DNA of 64,000 nt, from the NCBI GenBank assembly GCA_016789885.1, contig JAEUPZ010000027.1:98-64097 (forward strand), given 5' to 3'. Of this stretch, positions 26,932 to 35,202 are shown piece after piece. Made by a program: the position numbers and the translations under genes. The first letter of the stretch is position 1; each line of letters starts with the position of its first letter. The DNA comes from Chromatiales bacterium (lineage in GTDB: Bacteria; Pseudomonadota; Gammaproteobacteria; Steroidobacterales; GCA-2729495). The notes beneath the pieces were generated by a model that was given only the letters and a program-made list of their open reading frames with translations, was not told the origin of the DNA and ran no database searches.

Positions 26932-27532
26932 GCGGCGGTTCGCCGTGGTGGCGCTGGCCCTGGCCCTCGGGGGCTGCGCCCTCGGTGGCGGCAAGGAGCC
27001 GGCGCCGGTGGCCGACGTCGTGCCGCCGGCCTTCACCACGCGCTACGACGCCGCCATCGCGCGGGTCGCGGCCGGCGACGACGCCGCCGCGGCGGCCGAG
27101 TTCCGGGCGCTGGTCCGCGCGTACCCCGCGTACGCGGGCCCCGCGCTCAATCTCGCGCTGATCGAGGCCCGCGCCGGGCGCGACGCCACGGCGCTCGCCT
27201 GGCTCGGTGGCGCGGCGAAGACCTGCAGCCGCTGCGGCGCCGTCTGGACCGAGGCCGGCGTCATCCACCGCAAGGCCGGCCGGCTGAAGGACGCCGAGGC
27301 CGCCTACCAGCGGTCCATCGAGCTCGAGGCGGGCTACGGCCTCGCCTACTACAACCTGGCGGTGCTCTACGACCTGTACCTGCAGCGCCCGGAGCTCGCC
27401 CTCGAAACCTACCGCCGCTACCAGGCCGCCTCTCCCGAGGCGCCGCTGAACGCGTCGGTGAGCCAGTGGGTCACCGACCTCGAACGCCGGGTCGCCAGCG
27501 CCGCGGCCGCGCGCACGAAGGAGGGCACATGA
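26909..27532 (+). CDS. TPR lipoprotein (207 aa)
   Basis: Start MSRPGSTERRFAVVALALALGGC (lipobox) with GGAAAGGAG upstream; overlaps the previous gene by 23 nt. TPR helices: AGVIHRKAGRLKDAEAAYQRSIELEAGYGLAYYNLAVLY. Confidence 0.75.
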   Translation: MSRPGSTERRFAVVALALALGGCALGGGKEPAPVADVVPPAFTTRYDAAIARVAAGDDAAAAAEFRALVRAYPAYAGPALNLALIEARAGRDATALAWLGGAAKTCSRCGAVWTEAGVIHRKAGRLKDAEAAYQRSIELEAGYGLAYYNLAVLYDLYLQRPELALETYRRYQAASPEAPLNASVSQWVTDLERRVASAAAARTKEGT

Positions 27533-27927
27533 GCCTGCGACACAGTCCCGCGAGCGCGGCGCTCCGCGCCATCGCGCTGCTGGCCGCCGCGGGCGTCGCG
27601 CCCGTGGCGCTCGCCGAAGAGCCGGCGCCAGCGGCGGCAGCGCCGCCAGCCGCAGCGGCCACGGGCCCGGCCCAGGTCAGCCTCGAGGCCAGCGAGGTGC
27701 GCGGCAACCAGGAGCTGCCGAAGGTGCTCTACATCGTGCCCTGGAAGGACCCGGCGATGGTCGCCGTGGCCGGACGGCCGGTGAACAGCCTCGTCGACGA
27801 AGCACTCGCACCCGTGGACCGTGATGTGTTTCGACGACAGGGACGCTATTTCGAACAATTGTATGGGGCCGGCCGCGGGCAGCGGCCGGAGCAGCCGGCG
27901 GGCACGGGCGAGACGCCCCGCGACTGA
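27529..27927 (+). CDS. small secreted protein (132 aa), function unknown
   Basis: ATGA overlap with the previous gene, with GAAGGAGGG upstream. Signal peptide. Conserved-looking core ELPKVLYIVPWKDP. Confidence 0.6.
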   Translation: MSLRHSPASAALRAIALLAAAGVAPVALAEEPAPAAAAPPAAAATGPAQVSLEASEVRGNQELPKVLYIVPWKDPAMVAVAGRPVNSLVDEALAPVDRDVFRRQGRYFEQLYGAGRGQRPEQPAGTGETPRD

Positions 27928-28020
27928 TGACGACCATGGCTCCCGCGGGCAGCGGGCAGCCGGACTGGCGGCCACCACGCCGTCGACCACACAGGGCTTG
28001 GCCTAAGGGGCAATCGGGCA

Positions 28021-28740
28021 ATGGAAACCTATTCGCACATCGTCAGTTTCTTCCAGGACGGCGGGCCGTTCCTGTACGTCATGGCCGCGGTCTTCGTCGC
28101 GGGTCTCGCCATCGCCGTCGAGCGATTCCTGGTGCTGACGCGCGCGAGCGCCAGCAACCGGGCGCTCTGGGAGCGCATCACGCCCTGCCTCAAGAGCGGC
28201 AACTTCAACGAGGCGATGAACATCGCCGGCAAGTCCGACGCGGCGCTCGGTACCGTGCTGGCCTACGGCCTCGCGCGCACGAAGGTCACGCACCGCCGTG
28301 ACGACATCGAGAAGGCGATGGAAGAGAGCCTGCTCGAGATCATCCCGCGGCTCGAGAAGCGCACGCACTACCTGTCGTCGATGGCGAACCTCGGCATGCT
28401 CATCGGCCTGCTCGGCACCGTCGCCGGCCTGATCGCCGCCTTCGGCGCCATCGCGACGGCGAATCCGGCCGAGAAGGCGAGCCTGCTGGCCGCCAGCATC
28501 TCGGTGGCCATGAACAACACGGCCGCGGGCCTCGGCGTCGCCATCTCGCTGCTGGCCGCCCACATGTTCCTCGAGACCAAGACCACGTCGCTGATCGACA
28601 GCCTCGAGGTGGCGGCGCTCAAGTTCCTGAACTCGATGAGCGAGCGCGGCCAGGTCACGACGTCCGGGCAGCCGGGCGCCGCGCCGGCTCCGGCGCCGGC
28701 CACGCCGCCGCGCACCACCCCCGCCCGCGGGCTGGCCTGA
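28021..28740 (+). CDS. MotA/TolQ/ExbB-family proton channel
   Basis: 239 aa with three TM segments. Family signature LGTVAGLIAAFGAI...AASISVAMNNTAAGLGVAI. Confidence 0.9.
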   Translation: METYSHIVSFFQDGGPFLYVMAAVFVAGLAIAVERFLVLTRASASNRALWERITPCLKSGNFNEAMNIAGKSDAALGTVLAYGLARTKVTHRRDDIEKAMEESLLEIIPRLEKRTHYLSSMANLGMLIGLLGTVAGLIAAFGAIATANPAEKASLLAASISVAMNNTAAGLGVAISLLAAHMFLETKTTSLIDSLEVAALKFLNSMSERGQVTTSGQPGAAPAPAPATPPRTTPARGLA

Positions 28741-28775
28741 GCCAGGCCCGGCCTGCCGCCCCGGGGCAGACTGCC

Positions 28776-29309
28776 ATGAAGACATCGAAGCACGTCCGCC
28801 GCGTGCAGCGGCGCCACACCCGCCGGCGCGGCCACCACGACCTGAACATCGTCCCGATGATCGACATGTTCGTCGTGCTGGTCATCTTCCTGATCTTCAC
28901 GGCGGTGTTCTCGAAGACCAACATCCTCGAGCTCAACCTGCCGGCGGCCGCCGCGGCCGTGCCCGACCTGCCGAAGGGGCTGCAGCTCGAGGTGATCGTG
29001 CGCGACGACGGCATCGAGGTGGCCGACCGCGGCACCGGCGTGCTGAAGGCCGTGCCGAACAGCGGCGGCGGCTACGACCTGGCCGGGCTCGGTGAGTACC
29101 TGCAGCTCGTGAAGGCGAAGTTCCCGGAGCACCAGCAGGCCACCATCCTGCTGGCGCCGGAGATTCCCTACGACGTCCTTGTGCAGGTCATGGACGCGGT
29201 CCGGGTGTACGAGCCGGTCGTTCCCAACACCCCGTCGGGCCAGCTCGTGCGCACTTTCGTGCGCGCCGAGCTGTTTCCCGAGATCTCGGTAGGAGACGCG
29301 CCCACATGA
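28776..29309 (+). CDS. ExbD/TolR-family protein (copy 1)
   Basis: 177 aa. N-terminal basic stretch, then LNIVPMIDMFVVLVIFLIF (TM segment with the conserved Asp). Confidence 0.9.
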   Translation: MKTSKHVRRVQRRHTRRRGHHDLNIVPMIDMFVVLVIFLIFTAVFSKTNILELNLPAAAAAVPDLPKGLQLEVIVRDDGIEVADRGTGVLKAVPNSGGGYDLAGLGEYLQLVKAKFPEHQQATILLAPEIPYDVLVQVMDAVRVYEPVVPNTPSGQLVRTFVRAELFPEISVGDAPT

Positions 29310-29818
29310 CGCCGACCCGTCTCAAGCGTCGCCGCACCAGCAAGGACAGCGGTGCCGGCGGGCACATGAACCTGGTGCCGTTCATCGACGTCATGGTCAT
29401 CCTCGTCGTCTTCCTGCTGCTGCACACCTCCGAGACGGAGATCCTGCCGGCGGCCGAGGGCATCGCGATCCCGCAGTCGGTGGCCGAGGTGAAGCCCCGC
29501 GAGACCGTGGTCGTCACGGTCACCCGCGACGCCGTCTACGTGAACGGCCGCGAGGTCGCCACCACGGCGGAAGTCCGTGCCGGCGACGCGATGGTCGTCG
29601 AGCCCCTCAAGCTCGCCCTGCAGCAGCAGGCCGCCCGCGTGCTGGCGGGCCCGGCCGGAGACGGGGACGCGCCCCGCGAGGTGACGATCATGGGCGACAA
29701 GGCCGTGCCCTACGCCGTGCTGCGCAAGATCATGGCCACCTGCACCGACGCCGACTACGGCAAGGTCTCGCTGGCCGTCGTCGAGAAGGAAACCGCCGCT
29801 GGCGGTACCACGGCCTAG
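29306..29818 (+). CDS. ExbD/TolR-family protein (copy 2)
   Basis: 170 aa. ATGA overlap with copy 1. MNLVPFIDVMVILVVFLLL. Confidence 0.9.
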   Translation: MTPTRLKRRRTSKDSGAGGHMNLVPFIDVMVILVVFLLLHTSETEILPAAEGIAIPQSVAEVKPRETVVVTVTRDAVYVNGREVATTAEVRAGDAMVVEPLKLALQQQAARVLAGPAGDGDAPREVTIMGDKAVPYAVLRKIMATCTDADYGKVSLAVVEKETAAGGTTA

Positions 29819-29830
29819 GGACCCTCACCG

Positions 29831-30787
29831 ATGACCGCGGCCACAGCCTATTTCCGCACCTACGAGCTGCCCTGGACGCCCGGCGCCGAGGGCGAGCAGC
29901 GCTTCCGGCGCATCCTGCGCAACGCCTTCATCGCCTACGCGGTGGCGGCGGTCGTGGTGCCGTTCCTGCCCGTGCCGGAACTGCCCCGCGCGACGCGGCC
30001 CGACATCCCGGAGCGCGTCGTGCAGCTGATCGTCGCTGCACCCAGGCCGCCGCCGCCGAAGCCGGTGGTCGAGCCGAAGCCGGAGACCCCCAAGCCTGAG
30101 CCCAAGGTCGAGCGCATCGAGCCGAAGCCCGTCGTCGTGCCCCAGGTGCGCGTCGAGCAGAAACCGGAGGACCGCCGGCAGCAGGCCCGCGAGCGCGCGG
30201 CGAAGGCCGGCATCGTGGCGCTGGCCGACGAGCTCGCCGACCTGCGCGACCAGTCCGTCGTCAACGACCTGGCCGGGGCCCGGGCCGATGCCAGCGCCGT
30301 CGGCGCCGCGACGCGCGTCGAGCGCTCGCTGCTCACGGCCAAGGTGGGGCAGGGCAGCGGTGGCATCAATACGGCCGCCCTCAGCCGCAACACCGGCGGG
30401 GGCAGCCTGCGCGGCCGCGACACGACCAGGGTCGAAAGCGCCGTGGCCGCCGCGGCGCAGGGCGCCGACGAGCCGGCCCGCACCGGCGACGGGCGGGCGG
30501 CCCGCAGCCGCGAAGAGATCGAGATGGTCTTCGACCAGAACAAGGGCGCGATCTTTGCCCTCTACAACCGCGCGCTGCGCACCAACCCGGCGCTGCAGGG
30601 CAAGCTGGTGCTGCGGCTCACCATCGAGCCGTCGGGCGACGTGTCGGCCTGCGAGGTGGTGTCGTCGGAGCTCAACGACGAGGAGCTCGAGCGCAAGCTC
30701 ATTGCCCGCGTGAAGATGTTCCGCTTCCTCGAGAAGGACGTCCCGGCGGTCACCACGACCAAGCCGATCGACTTCTTCCCCGCCTGA
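29831..30787 (+). CDS. TonB-like energy transducer with AgmX/PglI-type C-terminal domain
   Basis: 318 aa. Single N-terminal TM segment and a Pro/Lys/Glu-rich linker (PPPPKPVVEPKPETPKPEPKVERIEPKP). C-terminal domain: IEMVFDQNKGAIFALYNRALRTNPALQGKLVLRLTIEPSGDVSACEVV...MFRF. Confidence 0.85.
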   Translation: MTAATAYFRTYELPWTPGAEGEQRFRRILRNAFIAYAVAAVVVPFLPVPELPRATRPDIPERVVQLIVAAPRPPPPKPVVEPKPETPKPEPKVERIEPKPVVVPQVRVEQKPEDRRQQARERAAKAGIVALADELADLRDQSVVNDLAGARADASAVGAATRVERSLLTAKVGQGSGGINTAALSRNTGGGSLRGRDTTRVESAVAAAAQGADEPARTGDGRAARSREEIEMVFDQNKGAIFALYNRALRTNPALQGKLVLRLTIEPSGDVSACEVVSSELNDEELERKLIARVKMFRFLEKDVPAVTTTKPIDFFPA

Positions 30788-30811
30788 TCCGGCCCGGGGG
30801 CGGGCCGGATC
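30786..30811. terminator. 10-bp perfect GC hairpin in a convergent gap (no T tract)
   Basis: GATCCGGCCC gggggc GGGCCGGATC. It overlaps the stop of the TonB-like gene and lies between convergent genes. Confidence 0.4.
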
Positions 30812-30835
30812 CGTCGCCGCAGGCCGTCTTCCGGC

Positions 30836-31303
30836 TCAGCGGGCCCCCGCGCGGTTGCCCCGCCAGAGGATCACGCCGGTGAAGCCGAGGAAGCTGCCGG
30901 CCATGAACCAGAACTCGTTCACCCCGAAGCGCTCGACGCCGGCGCGCGAGACGTTCTCGAAGAGTATGAAGAGCACGGTGTAGACGAACGCCATCAGCGT
31001 CGCGCCCACCTTCCAGCCGGTGCCGCGGGGCTGGCCGCGCACGCCGAACACCCACCACATCACCACGAAGAAGAGGGTGTAGAGGTTCAGCAGCGTCATC
31101 CAGAACGGCGCGCCCTGGAAGTAGTGGTTGACCCAGAAGGCCCCGGCGCCGAAGAAGTTGAGGATCACGTAGCGCCACTCGGCGAGCGGGGCCTTCAGCA
31201 CCCGCTCCCACATCAGCACCAGCGCGATATAGACGGTCCAGGTGCCGAACAGCAGTTCGTAGAACTGCACCTTGCCGGCCCAGGCGGGGTCGATGACGAT
31301 CAT
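30836..31303 (-). CDS. integral membrane protein (155 aa), function unknown
   Basis: Four to five hydrophobic, Trp/Phe-rich helices. Composition differs from the Arg/Pro junk ORFs around it. Confidence 0.6.
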   Translation of the reverse strand: MIVIDPAWAGKVQFYELLFGTWTVYIALVLMWERVLKAPLAEWRYVILNFFGAGAFWVNHYFQGAPFWMTLLNLYTLFFVVMWWVFGVRGQPRGTGWKVGATLMAFVYTVLFILFENVSRAGVERFGVNEFWFMAGSFLGFTGVILWRGNRAGAR

Positions 31304-31976
31304 GGCGGCGGCCTGTGGGTGTCCCGAAAGCGGCGCATCCTAGCAGGCTGCGGGACAGCAGCCTGCGGGTGCAGCCGGGGACCTTCGGTGCGACGCAGGC
31401 GGCGCGCGATCGATTCCTTCGGCGAGCCAGTCCCGGCAGGTACCAGGACGTCGCCCGGGGGCATGCATCCGGCGGGCGTTTTTGCGGCGACGGCCGGGTG
31501 TTCCTGAGGCCCGGCGGGAACCCGCCGGCGGGCCGCGGGCAAGGTTCCGGGGGCCGCGCGCGGGCCGTGTTTGTCAAGCTGACAAAATGGCTGTCCCGGC
31601 CGTGGTGCTGGGGCGCAGCGGGACCGCATCCGTGGTGCTGCGGCGGGATAAAAAACACATAAAAACAGTAAGTTGTGCTGACATGCCGTGACGGCATATT
31701 GCCCGCCGAGTGGTCAGGTCACGGAGGGGGTGCACCCCGTCGACGGTTGTATATACTCCCCCCAAGCCTGAACGATCACCCACCCGCCCGGGTCCCCACG
31801 GGACCACGCGCAGCGGCGGTTCAGGCCTCCGGCCCCCGGCCACCAGTCAATGCCCGGCGGCCCGAGCGGCAGTCCAGCCAGCAAGTCCCGTGTCGGGGTA
31901 CTCGTCGGCAGGATTCTCTCGGGACGCCGGGCTCCATCTTCCCCGTCAGCGATCCCGCCCCGGCCAGTGAGGGCTG

Positions 31977-32023
31977 CCCGGTCAACGACCGCTCCCCGTC
32001 AACGACCACTCCCCGTCAACGAC
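31977..32023. repeat. tandem direct repeat, about 2.8 copies of a 17-nt unit CCCCGTCAACGACC(A/G)CT
   Basis: Units at 31977-31993, 31994-32010 and 32011-32023, plus a degenerate copy at 31941-31955 (CCCCGTCAGCGATCC). The last unit carries the stop codon of the minus-strand gene 32016..32270. Confidence 0.8.
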
Positions 32024-32270
32024 AGGTTGCGCGGCGCTCGGCCTCGAGCGCCGTGAGCTGCTGGCGCCACAGCCGTCCCTGCCGTGCCGTGTAGCCCATG
32101 CGCAGACGGGTCTGCAGCTGCGTGATGCGCGCCTCGAGGCGCCGGCAGCGGGCGTCGGCGTCCTCGGTGCTGGCCGGCCGGCCCGCCGCCGGGGCCGCCA
32201 GCGCCGCGGCGGCGACGATGGCGAGACTCAGGAAGCCGACGGACCGTCGGCGAAGGTCGCGGTTGCCCAT
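32016..32270 (-). CDS. small secreted protein (84 aa), hypothetical
   Basis: Start MGNRDLRRRSVGFLSLAIVAAAALAAPAAG (Tat-like or signal sequence) with GGAGAG upstream, then a helical Arg/Gln-rich C-terminus with two Cys. Only the last 84 codons of the 314-aa ORF are credible. Confidence 0.45.
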   Translation of the reverse strand: MGNRDLRRRSVGFLSLAIVAAAALAAPAAGRPASTEDADARCRRLEARITQLQTRLRMGYTARQGRLWRQQLTALEAERRATCR

Positions 32271-32479
32271 GGCTGTCTCTCCGGTGATGAACCGGTCGAG
32301 CTTCGTCCTGCCGCAGGCCGGCCGGCCAGCCGCCTTTCCGGCGGGTTCACCAACGAATGGGGCGCGCCTGCGGCGGACGGTCCGTCCGCGAAACGGCGGC
32401 AGTGCCGGTGCCCGGCGGCCGATCCCCCGGCCTCGCGCGAAACCCGGGCAGCCCTGCTGCCGGCCGCTGCCCGTCCGCC

Positions 32480-32845
32480 TCAGCCGGGCAGGCGCCGCTC
32501 CGCGATCACGTACTCCGCCACCGGCACGCCGCCGACCAGGTGCTCCTGGATGATCCGCTCGAGCACCGCCGGCGTGCAGTCCCGGTACCAGATGCCCTCG
32601 GGATAGACGACGGCCACGGGCCCGGCCATGCAGACCTGCAGGCAGTGGGCCTTGGTGCGGTAGATGCCGCCCTGGCCGGTGAGGCCGAGTTCCTTCAGCC
32701 GGCGCTTCAGGTACTCCCACGACTCGAGGCTCGCCTCGCGCCGCGAGCATTTCGGCTTGGCCTGGTCGGCGCACAGCAGGATGTGCCGGCGGATGGCCGG
32801 GACGCCGAGCTCCGCCAGTCGTGCCGCCAGGTCCGCGCCGCTCAC
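32480..32845 (-). CDS. thioredoxin-like [2Fe-2S] ferredoxin-domain protein
   Basis: GTG start in a GTGA overlap with the upstream hydrolase stop. Cys pattern [11 protein letters not shown] ... [10 protein letters not shown], typical of thioredoxin-like 2Fe-2S ferredoxins. Confidence 0.65.
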   Translation of the reverse strand: MSGADLAARLAELGVPAIRRHILLCADQAKPKCSRREASLESWEYLKRRLKELGLTGQGGIYRTKAHCLQVCMAGPVAVVYPEGIWYRDCTPAVLERIIQEHLVGGVPVAEYVIAERRLPG

Positions 32846-33648
32846 GGGCAGCCCGCCAGGAAGTCGAGCAGCAGCTGCGCGAAGGCCGCCTTCTCCTCGC
32901 GGCCCGCCACCACGTGGGCCACCTCCGGCAGCAGCACGCCACGGGCGCCTGGAATGCCATGCTCCAGCGGCAGCGTCGTGCGGGGTCCGGTCACCTGGTC
33001 CTGGCCCGCGTGCACGATGAGGGTCGGCGCCCGGATCTGGCCGAGCCGGTCGAGCACGTCGTGCCGCAGGCACGCCTCCACGAGCCGCGCGTGGGCCGGG
33101 TAGCGGCCGTTCAGCTCGCTCCATGGACCCTGCAGCCCCAGCAGCCGGTCGCGGTTGGCGTTGTAGTAGTCGGGCCGGAACGACATGACGCAGACGTGCT
33201 TCTGGAAGACGAGGAAGCCGCTGTCCCTGTGGATGTCGCGGAACACCTCCAGCTGGTCGTGCAGGAACGCATCGCACTTCGCCCAGGCGCCCATGTTCAC
33301 CATGCTCCGCACCAGGTCCGGGCGGGCGATGGCCACTTCCTGCGCGATGCACGCTCCCATGCCGACGAGGCCGACGAAATGCACCTGCCGCCAGCCCAGG
33401 TGGTCGAGCAGCGCGATGACGTCGGCCGCGTGCAGCGCCATGACCGGTTCCGCGGCCGGGTCGTCGGTCGACTCGCCGATGCCCCGGTAGTCGAAGATCA
33501 GCACCTGGTAGCGGTCCGTCAGGCCCCGGGCCAGGTGCCTCGCGCCGCCGTGGCAGTAGGTGCCCCAGCCGCCCATGCAGATGGCCGGCGCGCCCTCGCC
33601 GTGCAGCTCGTAGTACAGGTCGTGGCCGTTGAGGTGGACGAGGGGCAT
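32842..33648 (-). CDS. alpha/beta-hydrolase fold protein
   Basis: Start [19 protein letters not shown]. Nucleophile elbow [12 protein letters not shown]-terminal His region EVAHVV. Confidence 0.85.
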   Translation of the reverse strand: MPLVHLNGHDLYYELHGEGAPAICMGGWGTYCHGGARHLARGLTDRYQVLIFDYRGIGESTDDPAAEPVMALHAADVIALLDHLGWRQVHFVGLVGMGACIAQEVAIARPDLVRSMVNMGAWAKCDAFLHDQLEVFRDIHRDSGFLVFQKHVCVMSFRPDYYNANRDRLLGLQGPWSELNGRYPAHARLVEACLRHDVLDRLGQIRAPTLIVHAGQDQVTGPRTTLPLEHGIPGARGVLLPEVAHVVAGREEKAAFAQLLLDFLAGCP

Positions 33649-33824
33649 GGCAAGGACTCCGGCCTGGCAGGGGCGGCGATTATCCCAGAGCGTCCGCTCC
33701 GGAGCGGATCGTTCGCCAGATGGCGCAATGCAGCGCCGCGTAGGCAAAGGCCGGTCCCGCCTTTAAACTGCGCCGCCTGTCATCCGGGGTCCCGGGCCCC
33801 CTTACCGCGAGGAATCGAGAGCCA

Positions 33825-34649
33825 ATGACCGCCGGTACCGAGACGAAGACCATCATGGAGTTCCTCGCCGAGAGTCCCAACGTGGACGTCTCGAAGGCCT
33901 GGGAGCGCTGCTGGGGCATCCATTCCCGCATCGTCGACCGCATCCAGGCGCGCTTCGACGTCAAGCGCCACCCGCAGACGGCCGACGCCGACTACTGGAC
34001 CTCGCCCGACGGCCAGCTCGAGGGCTGCTTCAAGGGCTACACCGGCGAGCAGGTCGACTGGCTGGTGCACTCCTGGCTCGGCAACCGCAAGGCGAGCCTG
34101 CTCGACATGAACGCGACCTGCTTCCTGAGCCAGCAGAACCGCGTGCCCCACCTCGGCATCATCTTCGGCACCATCCCGAAGCTCTACTTCTATGCCGAGT
34201 ACACGCCGCGCGTCGACCTGCGCACCAACTATGACTACCTGCTCAAGTACTACGAGCCGGCCAACCAGGACTTCCTCACCTTCCGCGCCGACCCCAAGTG
34301 GACCCGGTTCGTCAGCCACGGCACCTACCTGCGGGCGCTGATGTCGCCCGTCGCCGTGAGCTCCCACGCCGAGCTGAACGACGAGAACATCGGCACCTGC
34401 GAGAAGTTCCTCGTGAAGTTCGTCGACCGCTGGTTCCGCTGGCTCGACGAGGCCGACACCCTGCCCGAGGGCGAGCGGGCCGCCCAGCAGGACTACGACT
34501 ACACGGTCCGCGAGCTGGGCTACCGCACCGACCCGATGAACGTGCTGCCGCAGAAGATCCTGGGCGCCGAGGAGTTCGGCCGCCGGCTCGAGATGCGCAT
34601 CGGCACCGGGCAGATGGCGGAGACCCGCAACCGCTGGCGGCGGGGCTGA
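33825..34649 (+). CDS. ferredoxin-dependent bilin reductase / RCC-reductase superfamily-like protein (tentative)
   Basis: The 274-aa ORF is clearly coding (normal composition, Trp/Tyr/Phe-rich). Its pattern parallels PcyA/PebA as I recall them: LLDMNATCFLSQQNRVPHLGIIFG (compare LDILHCVMFP...LP.FGCD) and QQDYDYTVRELGYRTDPMNVLPQKILGAEEFG (compare Q..Y...Q..NDp....L.k.FG.e). Confidence 0.45.
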   Translation: MTAGTETKTIMEFLAESPNVDVSKAWERCWGIHSRIVDRIQARFDVKRHPQTADADYWTSPDGQLEGCFKGYTGEQVDWLVHSWLGNRKASLLDMNATCFLSQQNRVPHLGIIFGTIPKLYFYAEYTPRVDLRTNYDYLLKYYEPANQDFLTFRADPKWTRFVSHGTYLRALMSPVAVSSHAELNDENIGTCEKFLVKFVDRWFRWLDEADTLPEGERAAQQDYDYTVRELGYRTDPMNVLPQKILGAEEFGRRLEMRIGTGQMAETRNRWRRG

Positions 34650-34725
34650 TACGTCCGCGACGTTTGCCAACCTCGTCGGCTTCCACGTCGTCTGGTTCCT
34701 GAGCCTGTACGGCGCCGGCCGGGGC

Positions 34726-35184
34726 TTGCCCTGGCTCGGCGCCGTCTCCCTGCTGCTGTTCCTGGTCTGGCACCTGCGCACGCCGGTCTCGCCCCGGGCG
34801 GAACTGGCCCTGGCCGGGGTCGCTGCGGGGGTCGGCCTGACGGCCGACACGCTGTTCGCCCAGGCCGGGATCCTGGACTACGCCGCGCCCTGGCCGGTGC
34901 CTGGCGTGGCACCTGCCTGGATCATCGTCATGTGGGTGAACTTCGCGCTGACGCTGAACGTCGCGCTGCGCTGGCTGCACGGCCGGTATGGCCTCGCAGC
35001 GGTGCTGGGGTTCGTCGGGGGGCCGCTGGCCTATCTGGCCGGGCTCAAGCTCAATGCGGCGGCGCTGGCTGCGCCGGCACCGACGGCCTATACCCTGATC
35101 GGGTGTACGTGGAGCCTGGCGGTGCCGTTCCTGGTGCGGGCGGCTGAGTGGTCAGTCCGGCGCTGGCCGGCTACCTTGCGGTGA
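34726..35184 (+). CDS. DUF2878-like integral membrane protein
   Basis: 152 aa from a TTG start, with four TM helices. The frame stays open upstream (TSATFANLVGFHVVWFLSLYGAG...) with no ATG/GTG/TTG, so the true N-terminus is uncertain. Confidence 0.55.
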   Translation: MPWLGAVSLLLFLVWHLRTPVSPRAELALAGVAAGVGLTADTLFAQAGILDYAAPWPVPGVAPAWIIVMWVNFALTLNVALRWLHGRYGLAAVLGFVGGPLAYLAGLKLNAAALAAPAPTAYTLIGCTWSLAVPFLVRAAEWSVRRWPATLR

Positions 35185-35202
35185 CGGCCGGCCTGCGCCG
35201 GG

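Noticed and set aside
31640-31800. Possible known structured RNA (SRP, 6S, tmRNA, RNase P or a riboswitch) in the AT-rich core of the 0.7-kb gap.
   Set aside because: I found no match to the conserved cores I can recall: the SRP GGAA/AGCA domain IV, the tmRNA tag reading frame plus tRNA-like end, the RNase P GGAGGAAAGTCC string, or the B12 box. It needs an Infernal scan and remains unassigned.
31977-32023. Possible CRISPR or iteron array suggested by the 17-nt tandem repeat.
   Set aside because: The copies are contiguous with no spacers, number fewer than three full units, and have no cas genes nearby. I report it as a simple tandem repeat only.
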